From the IMG/VR virus record IMGVR_UViG_3300043436_003321, positions 1 to 26,529 of that record: 26,529 nucleotides of DNA; one strand, given 5' to 3'. Shown here in pieces: positions 1-7,851 of the stretch. The notes beneath the pieces were generated by a model. It was not told where the DNA came from and ran no database searches. It worked only from the letters and a program-made list of their open reading frames with translations. The translations under genes and the position numbers were made by a program. Each line of letters opens with the position of its first letter. The first letter of the stretch is position 1. This DNA is from a virus (taxonomy: Duplodnaviria; Heunggongvirae; Uroviricota; Caudoviricetes).

Positions 1-176
1 GGAATAGCTTCGTTTAGTAGTGAATGTGGCTGCCATGCCTGACCTTCCTGAAGTGCCTTCTCAGTGTTCTCGAGAAGCTGAGCAGTAACAGCACGACGGT
101 GTGAGTCAGCGATCTTTGGCAGATCAGCATGCTCTAGAACTGGCTGCCACTTTTCGTTTAGAGATTCGATTGACAT
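1..176 (-). CDS. gp23: Major capsid protein, 5' portion (runs off left edge)
   Basis: Not in the ORF track; hand translation from ATG at 176 gives MSIESLNEKWQPVLEHADLPKIADSHRRAVTAQLLENTEKALQEGQAWQPHSLLNEAIP, with the KW.P.L...K..R...T..LLEN pattern of T4-like gp23 propeptides. SD AAGGAGA just upstream, late promoter at 212-219, and position directly after gp22. Confidence 0.93.
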   Translation of the reverse strand, partial: MSIESLNEKWQPVLEHADLPKIADSHRRAVTAQLLENTEKALQEGQAWQPHSLLNEAI

Positions 177-211
177 TTAATTTTCTCCTTGTGAGGTTTG
201 TTTACCTGTAT

Positions 212-219
212 TATTTATA
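212..219 (-). promoter_or_regulatory. T4-type late promoter TATAAATA upstream of gp23
   Basis: Exact tatttata on the + strand in the gp22-gp23 intergenic gap. Confidence 0.85.
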
Positions 220-225
220 ATTTAA

Positions 226-1170
226 TTATTTTCTAAGAGTTCTAGAAATAGCTTGAGCGTATGCAGCTACTGATGGATCTGAACTGACAACACTTTTAGC
301 CTCAGTAATGTCTACTGGGTCAATGCCATCGTTATGTTCTTTAAGTACTGCCTTACCCCCAAAATACTGTTCTTTAATGATTTGTATTTTGCGCTCATAT
401 TCAGAAGAATCAGAGAAGCTTACACCTTCAGCAAGAGTGCGAAGTTTTTCTGCCTGAGTATCAGTGAGGCCTTTAGTGAATCCTTCGAGGATTGATTCAG
501 CCTTCATTGATTCTAGTTCTTTACGAAGTTCAATGGTTTCATTGATTGATTCATTAAGAGCAGATTCAGTTGCTTCAAGTTCTTCTGCCATGTCAGCAAC
601 AACATCAATATCCTCTGAAGGTACATTAATATTGTGCTCATTAAATAGGTCACGAAGACCTTCAATGAATGACTCTGCAATTTCTGCACGAATACCACGC
701 TCAATAGCAACCTGGTTATTTTCCATCCACTGTTCAACCACATAGTCAAGGTATGAATCTACCTTTTCTACTAGGTCATTCACAACTACTTCTACTTGCT
801 CATCAAGTTTAGCAGTGAATTCTTCTTCAAGACGCTCTACTTCTTCAGTGAGCTTTGCGTGTACGGCAGCTTCAAAAATTGTAGTTGCCTTTTCTTTGAA
901 CTCTTCAGAAAGATCAGAACCGGCAAACATTTCCTCTACTGATTCTTTCATACCTTTATCTGCTGGTCGTGCTGGGGACTTGCCCTTAGCAGGAGTGAGC
1001 ATGTCTCCGGCGGTTTCACCTGAAAGTTTTGGTGAAGCCTTATCGCCGTTATTCTTATCTGCTGAACGCTTGTGGTTTGATCCACCTGCTGGAGTTACTG
1101 GATCAGCTGTTGATGAATCTTCGCCAGAAGCTTTAAATTCATCAAGCTGTTCTAATTCTTTCTGTGCCAT
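226..1170 (-). CDS. gp22: Prohead core scaffolding protein
   Basis: 314 aa acidic coiled-coil; LSEEFKEKATTIFEAAV, VDSYLDYVVEQWMENN and L++LAEGV-F motifs; lies between gp21 and gp23. Confidence 0.93.
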   Translation of the reverse strand: MAQKELEQLDEFKASGEDSSTADPVTPAGGSNHKRSADKNNGDKASPKLSGETAGDMLTPAKGKSPARPADKGMKESVEEMFAGSDLSEEFKEKATTIFEAAVHAKLTEEVERLEEEFTAKLDEQVEVVVNDLVEKVDSYLDYVVEQWMENNQVAIERGIRAEIAESFIEGLRDLFNEHNINVPSEDIDVVADMAEELEATESALNESINETIELRKELESMKAESILEGFTKGLTDTQAEKLRTLAEGVSFSDSSEYERKIQIIKEQYFGGKAVLKEHNDGIDPVDITEAKSVVSSDPSVAAYAQAISRTLRK

Positions 1171-1205
1171 TGGTTTTCTCCCTATAGAATGAATTAATTC
1201 TAAGT

Positions 1206-1213
1206 TATTTATA
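1206..1213 (-). promoter_or_regulatory. T4-type late promoter TATAAATA upstream of gp22
   Basis: Exact consensus in the gp21-gp22 gap. Confidence 0.85.
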
Positions 1214-1221
1214 AAAACATA

Positions 1222-1887
1222 TTATTCGGATAAAGATCGCATGAATTTGCTGAAAAGACGCGCCGCGTTCTCTTCTAGCTGTTTTGAATTCATGTTCTTC
1301 GTTTCTTCATGGATTCGATCGAAAGTATTTGCCGCCAACCATGAACCTGAAGCAACATCATATACCCATTCTACACCTTCCATGATACCACGGACAAATG
1401 CATTTGGGGCAGAAGGATCTGCAACGATATCGCCGGCAGTTGCCAACATAAAGTCCTCTTGAACTTCCATAATTCCCATTTTATTCGGCTTGAGAGAACC
1501 CATGCCACGTGAAGAAACACCTAAGGTAGCTCCTTCATCCATGAGATTTTTAACCACTTTACCCATTGGGGTATCCATGATTTTTGCTTTACCTACAAAG
1601 TTTGAACCTTCTTGACGTAGGTTTGTGATCATATGAGACACACGATCTAAATTAATGGTTGGGCCATCTGGGTGACCAAGTTCACCAAAAGCTCTTTTCT
1701 TTTGTACAAACTGTTCATTATAACGTTCGGCTTCCTTTGCAAGAACTGATGAAGGATATACACGGCCATTACGATTTTTCATATCGCCCTGCATAAAGAT
1801 ACCTTCAATGAAATATTGCTTTTGGCCAGTCTCAGTGGCTTCAGTAATATAACCTACGTTTTCATTGACTTCGCGTATAAGTTTCAT
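1222..1887 (-). CDS. gp21: Prohead protease
   Basis: IEGIFMQ, NRNGRVY, GELGHP (catalytic His), GVSSRG.GS (catalytic Ser) and D.V..PSAP.A motifs. Confidence 0.96.
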   Translation of the reverse strand: MKLIREVNENVGYITEATETGQKQYFIEGIFMQGDMKNRNGRVYPSSVLAKEAERYNEQFVQKKRAFGELGHPDGPTINLDRVSHMITNLRQEGSNFVGKAKIMDTPMGKVVKNLMDEGATLGVSSRGMGSLKPNKMGIMEVQEDFMLATAGDIVADPSAPNAFVRGIMEGVEWVYDVASGSWLAANTFDRIHEETKNMNSKQLEENAARLFSKFMRSLSE

Positions 1888-1898
1888 TCTAGTTATCC

Positions 1899-2153
1899 TT
1901 ATCTATAGGCCAATGGTGTGCAAAGAAGTGAGTCGCTTGGTGAACATGCAATAGTATCTGTTGGTTCTTTTGCCACGATTTCCACAAATCCAGCCGGAAT
2001 TGTAAAGGTCCCAATGGTGCCGCCAGTATTAGCAACTGTAACCACCGAATTTGCCGTAGCATATACTCTTACAAGTGATGCAAGACTGATGTTGTTAGCA
2101 GTAGTATTAGCTGTAAACTGCGACCCTTTAACTTTGAGAATAATATCAACCAT
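1899..2153 (-). CDS. Small hypothetical beta-rich protein between the gp68 position and gp21
   Basis: 84 aa ORF; its ATG overlaps the upstream stop (TAATG at 2151-2155), which suggests translational coupling. Confidence 0.7.
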   Translation of the reverse strand: MVDIILKVKGSQFTANTTANNISLASLVRVYATANSVVTVANTGGTIGTFTIPAGFVEIVAKEPTDTIACSPSDSLLCTPLAYR

Positions 2154-3487
2154 TATACTGCTTCCTTTGCAAACGCTAGGATTTCGTTAAACCCTTTGGC
2201 ATCCGACATCAGACGTTCTTCCATCTTTTTCTTATTTGAAGAATTGAGTTCATTGAAGAGAGCATTCAGAGTCAATGCCTGTTCTGAAGTGAGTTTTACA
2301 GATGAACCATCACTCAATTTCATAGCACCTGCCTTAAAGGCTTCGTCCATATATTCTTCCATTTTATTGGCAGCTCTATTTAAACCAGTGACACGATTTT
2401 GTCCCTGCTTATAATCTTTAGATGTTAAGGTACCTTTATCAAGCTTTTCTCTTTTACTTTTTAGATCAAGAGCGGCTTTGGCGTGGTAGTTACGAAGAGT
2501 TTCTTGTGAAACTTCATCAAGAGCAACTTCTTCCATTACATAGACGGTTGAGTGACCATGTTTCTTTGCCCACTGCTGTGCAGACTTTTTAGCATCAGAG
2601 AACTTACCACTAGGAGCTGAATACACTTCCTTTTCGTTCTTATGATCTACATCACCCATAGCCTTGTGAGTGAACATCCAAGAACCCGTACCCCCGGAAG
2701 CCTTCTTACCGTGCGATCTTAGGTAACGGTCATGACGAACTTCAATAGCTTCATCGAGGTCGACTTCTTCCTTTGTAGCAAGAACTTTAGCTCTGCCGGT
2801 TTGCTTATCAAATGCTAGGTCGCGACCAAACTTACGCTTACGATACTTATCAGAACCATCATCACCTGATGGTTGATCTGCAAATGCTTTCTGACGATAT
2901 ACATCTAGTTTCTTATCTGATACTTCATCAAGTTCAACTTCCTCGTTAACTTTTTGTACGTGCTTTGATTGAAACACAGTGTTAGGAACGTTTGATTTCA
3001 TGTGACCTGCATCTATGGCTGCCTTCTGCGCCTTTCTAATAGCTTCACCGGCAGTTCTGGCTTTCACCTTGTAACTCTTAGTAGACTTGGTTGGGTGTTG
3101 CACATTCCATGTTGAGTGCGTCATAGCTTCATCAAGTTCGGCTTCTTCTTTCATGGCAGATTTAGTAGCAGTAGCATACATTACTGATTTCCATCTATCA
3201 CCATAACGCTTTTGGAAGTCAGCTTTATTCTTTTTCATGCCCTTTACAATATCTTCACGCTTTTTCATTTCAGCATCTGACATTGTTTCTTCATATACCG
3301 AAGCATCTTCGCCATCATGAAGTGAAGCTTTTTTGCTTTTATCTTTCTTGATATTTTTTACTGAAAGCTGGTCAGGCTTTCCAGCTGGATAATCAATTAT
3401 CTGAACAGTGTGCTTATCAATAAATTCTTTTTGACGACGTGGTGTCGGATCAGTAAGTTCACTGATGATGTCCTTAAATGTTTTCAT
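2153..3487 (-). CDS. Prohead core protein at the gp68 position, expanded to a 444-aa modular protein with repeated EE-x-x-LDE linkers (putative internal-protein polyprotein)
   Basis: Syntenic with T4 gene 68. C-terminal domain (KLSDGSSVKL...LFNELNSSNKKKM...F.EILAFA) resembles gp68-like proteins. N-terminus MKTFKDIISE. Five acidic linkers at aa 114-120, 182-188, 240-246, 319-325 and 377-382. Confidence 0.75.
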   Translation of the reverse strand: MKTFKDIISELTDPTPRRQKEFIDKHTVQIIDYPAGKPDQLSVKNIKKDKSKKASLHDGEDASVYEETMSDAEMKKREDIVKGMKKNKADFQKRYGDRWKSVMYATATKSAMKEEAELDEAMTHSTWNVQHPTKSTKSYKVKARTAGEAIRKAQKAAIDAGHMKSNVPNTVFQSKHVQKVNEEVELDEVSDKKLDVYRQKAFADQPSGDDGSDKYRKRKFGRDLAFDKQTGRAKVLATKEEVDLDEAIEVRHDRYLRSHGKKASGGTGSWMFTHKAMGDVDHKNEKEVYSAPSGKFSDAKKSAQQWAKKHGHSTVYVMEEVALDEVSQETLRNYHAKAALDLKSKREKLDKGTLTSKDYKQGQNRVTGLNRAANKMEEYMDEAFKAGAMKLSDGSSVKLTSEQALTLNALFNELNSSNKKKMEERLMSDAKGFNEILAFAKEAV

Positions 3488-3743
3488 CCTCGGGTTCCTC
3501 TATATCTAGGTTTTCTAAATCTTCAACATCATCATCGTCTTCTACGTCTGAATCCTCAAGCTCATCATCATCTAATTCTTCATCGGAGTCGTATAATGAT
3601 TGTGCTAATTCTTCTCTACGAGCTTCAATAGCAGCGGCCATTTTTGCTTGGATTACATCATTAAAAGCATTTTGTACATCAACTGGGCTGCCATTGTGTG
3701 CGGCCTTAATAATATCTGCAATTGTCATAGGTTCCATATTCAT
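3474..3743 (-). CDS. gp67: Prohead core protein (gp67-like)
   Basis: 89 aa, helical N-terminal half plus very acidic tail, immediately downstream of the portal gene; exact start Met uncertain (MNMEPM). Confidence 0.75.
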   Translation of the reverse strand: MNMEPMTIADIIKAAHNGSPVDVQNAFNDVIQAKMAAAIEARREELAQSLYDSDEELDDDELEDSDVEDDDDVEDLENLDIEEPEDENI

Positions 3744-3753
3744 TCCTTTTAAA

Positions 3754-3761
3754 TATTTATA
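3754..3761 (-). promoter_or_regulatory. T4-type late promoter TATAAATA upstream of gp67
   Basis: Exact consensus between the gp20 stop and the gp67 start. Confidence 0.82.
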
Positions 3762-3767
3762 ATATTG

Positions 3768-5309
3768 TTATTTCACAACTTTAACTGGAGTTGGCTTTGG
3801 TTCAGGTTCGGGCTCTGGTTCTGGAGCATCCTTTGCCTCTTGTTCCATTTCCATATCTATATCCTTAATATCCTCATCTGATTGACGAAGAATATTTTTA
3901 CGAATCCACTTCTTTGAGTAATACTCGCCTGAGTAGTCATTAATTGCTTGTAATGTCTGAAGTCTTTGAGTAAGAATTTCCTGCTCTTTAAGTTCTTCAA
4001 AATGATTGTCTTGTTGAAAATCATAGCGAATGTTGTTTTTAATTTCTTTCCATTCATCAATTGTCATAACATTTTTAAGGACAAGTTGCTTTTCCAAAAT
4101 CTCATCAAACAGAATAGAGAATCTTACACGAAGGCGGCGAATAAACTTATTAAATTTGACTTCATCTCGTGAAATTTCTGATGCACGACCCAATGAGAAT
4201 CCAGTATCCGATTCCATTCTTGAAATAGGAACATTAAGTGCTTTATAAAGATTCTTTTGAAAATAGAGAATATCATCAATTTCACCTAGATTTGCACCGC
4301 CAGGTAATGTGGTAATCTCTGTACCACGCTCACCATTTCGGCGGGTCATCCAAAAATCTTCAAGCATTGTCATGTGCTTACGGTCGTCTCGGACTTCACC
4401 AGTTGATGCATCATATACCAAACGATTCTTATGACGAACCATCATATCACGAAGATATTGTTCAGCTTTAATTTTAGGTAAATTGCCAACGTCAACATAG
4501 AAAATACGACGTTCAGGAGCTCGGGCCAATCTGTAAATGACAGCGGCATCTTCAAGCATTTTTAATTGGTTAAGAGCCTTAATTGCTTTATGAAGATTTG
4601 AAAGGACTAGAGTATTACTCTCATTTAGAATACCTGAGGTTACCTCAATAATTGAATCCGTAGCAATACGAACACCTTTTACACTTTCACCTTCAATTGA
4701 ACTTGATGTTAACTTTGTGCCGAAGCCTTTATCATTGAAAATATAATATTCATTTTTAGTTTGTGATAAGGTCGCGTCAGATGTAACATCTTTTTTCTTT
4801 GCAACTTCACGTATTTTTCTTAACTTACGTGGGTCAACATAACGAAGTTCTTGTATTCCAAGTTTAATATTTTTTTCATCAATAATTGCATGATATCTTA
4901 AGCGACCATCAACATACCATTTTTGAAATATATCATAACCTTTATTCGAAAAGTCGAGAAGATTTAATACTTCGTCAAACTCATCTGTAATTCTTTTCTT
5001 AATATTTGCCGAAAGATCGGTATCATCAAGATTAATTTCTACTACTTTTGAGTCATCAGCAACAACAATAGATTCATTTACAATATCATCTATGGCTCTG
5101 GAAACTTCCGGGTGCATTTCCATTAAACGATATCTTGTAATGAGTTCTGCTTCAGACTTTGCAGTACCTTCCATATCAAGAAATGCACCATAACCAGGCA
5201 TGCTGGTCGATGCTGAAACATTTACTGCGCCGTCATCATCCTCACGTTCCACGAAGGACTTCAGATCAGTATTATCTTTTCTCTTGATTTCAAAGCCAAA
5301 AAGTTGCAT
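3768..5309 (-). CDS. gp20: Portal vertex protein
   Basis: 513 aa; MQLFGFEI start, WYVDGR, LEDAAVIYRLARAPERRIFYVDVGNLPK.KAEQY, MLEDFW, GTEITTLPGG, LNVP.SR, RDEVKF.KF..RLR..F motifs. Confidence 0.98.
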   Translation of the reverse strand: MQLFGFEIKRKDNTDLKSFVEREDDDGAVNVSASTSMPGYGAFLDMEGTAKSEAELITRYRLMEMHPEVSRAIDDIVNESIVVADDSKVVEINLDDTDLSANIKKRITDEFDEVLNLLDFSNKGYDIFQKWYVDGRLRYHAIIDEKNIKLGIQELRYVDPRKLRKIREVAKKKDVTSDATLSQTKNEYYIFNDKGFGTKLTSSSIEGESVKGVRIATDSIIEVTSGILNESNTLVLSNLHKAIKALNQLKMLEDAAVIYRLARAPERRIFYVDVGNLPKIKAEQYLRDMMVRHKNRLVYDASTGEVRDDRKHMTMLEDFWMTRRNGERGTEITTLPGGANLGEIDDILYFQKNLYKALNVPISRMESDTGFSLGRASEISRDEVKFNKFIRRLRVRFSILFDEILEKQLVLKNVMTIDEWKEIKNNIRYDFQQDNHFEELKEQEILTQRLQTLQAINDYSGEYYSKKWIRKNILRQSDEDIKDIDMEMEQEAKDAPEPEPEPEPKPTPVKVVK

Positions 5310-5330
5310 GTATTTTCCCTTATAGATTAC

Positions 5331-5354
5331 GGAGGGGAAATAAATCTCCCCTCC
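5331..5354 (-). terminator. GC-rich hairpin between gp19 and gp20 (partial terminator or RNA-processing/stability stem)
   Basis: Minus strand GGAGGGGAGA-TTTA-TTTCCCCTCC, a 10-bp stem with one G-U pair. No U-tract follows, so efficient intrinsic termination is doubtful. Confidence 0.5.
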
Positions 5355-5363
5355 TGCCTAATC

Positions 5364-5371
5364 TATTTATG
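5364..5371 (-). promoter_or_regulatory. Possible variant late promoter CATAAATA upstream of gp20
   Basis: 7/8 match to TATAAATA directly after the gp19 stop. Confidence 0.45.
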
Positions 5372-5926
5372 TTAGGCTTGAGTACCTGCGTCGCCGGTAT
5401 TACCGCCAACGACACTCCACCAATCGTATTGGAATGTAACATCAAATGTTTCGATTACATCTGTAGTACTCCAATCCATCGCAATACCAGTAATGTCTGA
5501 TGGATACAGACCATTAAACTGATATGTGCGAAGGGTTTCGCCAGTTTTAGAATATTGTATAATTTGAGCTTGAGCCTTATAAAGCGCGGGCGCAGCACCA
5601 CCAGTAAGTCTTAGGTTACCTTGGTGCGAATTGATTGCACTCATCCACTGTTCCATGGCGTTACGAATAAGAAAATCTTCATCATTCATAACAGTAACAG
5701 TCCATGGTTGGAAAGTACGATCCCCAGCGATTTTGATCTTACGACCAAAATATGGAATTTCAATTGTTCCTAGCGCTGATTCTGGAATTTGAGCCGCCTG
5801 AACCATAAATGGCACCTTAATGTCTGCAACTCCATTAATTGGGTTCTGAATTTGAACCTGGAAGTTTGCAGCTTTAGCACCACCATAAGTCAGTTGGCTC
5901 TTCATTTCGTTGATATTAAAAGCCAT
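5372..5926 (-). CDS. gp19: Tail tube protein
   Basis: 184 aa; LG.IEIPYFGRKIKIAGDRTF.PWT.T..ND.DF..R...E.W and IETFDVTF.YD.W motifs. Confidence 0.96.
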   Translation of the reverse strand: MAFNINEMKSQLTYGGAKAANFQVQIQNPINGVADIKVPFMVQAAQIPESALGTIEIPYFGRKIKIAGDRTFQPWTVTVMNDEDFLIRNAMEQWMSAINSHQGNLRLTGGAAPALYKAQAQIIQYSKTGETLRTYQFNGLYPSDITGIAMDWSTTDVIETFDVTFQYDWWSVVGGNTGDAGTQA

Positions 5927-5952
5927 GTTTTTTCTCCTCTACTACCTATTTA

Positions 5953-7773
5953 TTAGAACTGACCTACGATTTCTTCAAATTCTACACCAGTGCGAACAGC
6001 AACAAAGTTGAGTTGGATGTAGTTAATTGAGCGAGCAGGCTTGATGTAAATATCACCAACAAACTCGTTTCTATCAATTACCTCACCAGTGTTGTTTGTA
6101 TCGTCGCATACAACTCTAAAATCATAGATACCACGGCGACCTTGTACGTCACGTAGGAATGGTTCTACCAGGTTTTTGAATTGTGCACGAGTAAATGCAT
6201 CGTTAAATTCAAATAGAGTTGATCTAGCAGCACGAGCAATTGCTTTTTCAAGAACGATAAACAGACGACGAACGTTAATGCGGTCAAATGCACTATCTAA
6301 GCCAGACAATGTTCTGTCACCAAATAGAAGTGTTCCTTGACCAGGTTGTGTAATTACTGGGTTAACACCAGCAGGATAGAGAATGTCGCGTTGTGCTTTA
6401 TTTGGATTGAAGGCTAGTTTTACAACGTTTTTAATGATACCACGGTTGTAACCAGCTGGTGACCACCAAGGATCTCTATCGTTATCAGTACGAGCGGCTA
6501 GTCCAGCCATATCGCCATTCAATGGAGTGTAACGATACTTATCATTGTACTTATCGTAGCGATATTTGTACCCTGAATCCATGACAGCATATGTTGAACT
6601 GCTTAGAGCAGTTCTGAAGGCAATTATTGCATCAATCTCGCCACCAACTGCTACACTACCTGGAACAACATCAGCTGCGGCAGGTGAAATATACGCCACA
6701 CAATCTCTGCGTGATTCTACAATATTGTCAATGATGTAATTTGCAAGACCTGTGTCGTCAGTTCCGTGACCAGCTTTACCCTGAAGAATTAGTGAAATGT
6801 CAATATCCTCGGCGGATGCAAACAAATCATATCCTTCGGCAAGATCACCAAGTGTAACGGTTGATTCGGTAGCACCATCAGTACCGCCAGCCATAGATAT
6901 ATATGCTGCCACGTTGTTTGCAGTTACTGCAGTACCAGTTGAACGGATCCAGCGGCTTTGTGTATCAATAACATCTTTATAATAGACTGAAGCGCCTTGA
7001 CTGCTTTTGACACCTGATGCGATTGCGACATTTTCATATACTTCCAAAATGCTGCCAGCAACACCAGAGATGCCACCATCTTCGTCAATAACTGCCGCAT
7101 GGAATCTACCAGAAGTTGGAGCAGCACTTACATTTTTATAGAATCCCCATTTTCTAGTTGCAGCAGCGGCAGATAGAGCTGCTTTTAGACTTAACTTTTG
7201 AGCAAAAGTAACAGTAGTACTGACAACTGAGGTAACAGTGAGATCCTGGAATCCAATAGCGTTCGAACCTACACGTAGAATATCTCCAGGCGCAAGGTTA
7301 GCTGCATCGGTAACAGTTGCAGTAACTGCACCAACTGACATTGTGACACCAGAAATAGCAAAACTATATGCGTTAGCGGTAGTGCAAGTTGACACCTCAA
7401 GATTATTACCTATAGCACCTGGCCATTTAGCAATAAACTGTCCGATAGTGGTATTCGATACGGTATCAATATACTGTCCTGCAGTACCAGTTCCAACAGC
7501 ATTGTTAGCATCGGATGAAACTACGCGAACTGTATATAGTTTATTTGAGTATGATAGAAAATCTGCTGCAGTAAAGAATGTTTCTGCATTATTATCAGTT
7601 GGTTTACCGAAACGCGCTACTAGATCACTTTCTGACGTAACTAGGGTTCTTTCCAATACTGGACCCCAATTAAATACACCAGCAATAGCAGCTTCAGTAG
7701 TACCCACGGCTGGTACGACAGTAGTTAAATCGAATTCACTTACATTAATACCTGGACTTACTTGAAAGGCCAT
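5953..7773 (-). CDS. gp18: Contractile tail sheath protein
   Basis: 606 aa; SPG..V.E.D, G.F.WGP, W.SPAG.NRG, L.GDRT, FDRINVRRLF, FEFND..TR..F, V.CD..NNT, IKP.RSIN.I.LNFVA motifs. Confidence 0.98.
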   Translation of the reverse strand: MAFQVSPGINVSEFDLTTVVPAVGTTEAAIAGVFNWGPVLERTLVTSESDLVARFGKPTDNNAETFFTAADFLSYSNKLYTVRVVSSDANNAVGTGTAGQYIDTVSNTTIGQFIAKWPGAIGNNLEVSTCTTANAYSFAISGVTMSVGAVTATVTDAANLAPGDILRVGSNAIGFQDLTVTSVVSTTVTFAQKLSLKAALSAAAATRKWGFYKNVSAAPTSGRFHAAVIDEDGGISGVAGSILEVYENVAIASGVKSSQGASVYYKDVIDTQSRWIRSTGTAVTANNVAAYISMAGGTDGATESTVTLGDLAEGYDLFASAEDIDISLILQGKAGHGTDDTGLANYIIDNIVESRRDCVAYISPAAADVVPGSVAVGGEIDAIIAFRTALSSSTYAVMDSGYKYRYDKYNDKYRYTPLNGDMAGLAARTDNDRDPWWSPAGYNRGIIKNVVKLAFNPNKAQRDILYPAGVNPVITQPGQGTLLFGDRTLSGLDSAFDRINVRRLFIVLEKAIARAARSTLFEFNDAFTRAQFKNLVEPFLRDVQGRRGIYDFRVVCDDTNNTGEVIDRNEFVGDIYIKPARSINYIQLNFVAVRTGVEFEEIVGQF

Positions 7774-7832
7774 TTCATTTCTCCTTTATGAATTGTTAAT
7801 TGTATAAAGACTTTGATAGTAATTCTTAGAAT

Positions 7833-7840
7833 TATTTATA
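7833..7840 (-). promoter_or_regulatory. T4-type late promoter TATAAATA upstream of gp18
   Basis: Exact consensus in the gp17-gp18 gap; SD AAGGAG precedes the gp18 start. Confidence 0.85.
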
Positions 7841-7851
7841 AAATAACAAAA

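Noticed and set aside
3780-3830. PEPEPEPEPKPTP tail of the portal as a variable microsatellite
   Set aside because: Codons are varied rather than a perfect DNA repeat, and low-complexity portal C-termini are common.
5947-5954. AATAAATA between gp18 and gp19 as a late promoter
   Set aside because: Only 7/8 match and overlaps the gp18 stop codon; cannot be distinguished from chance.
1191-7833. Short AT-rich palindromes beside late promoters (gaattaattc 1191-1200; aatatttataatatt 3752-3766; aattcttagaatt 7821-7833)
   Set aside because: Expected by chance in AT-rich gaps, partly because TATAAATA is itself quasi-palindromic; stems are too weak to support a claim.
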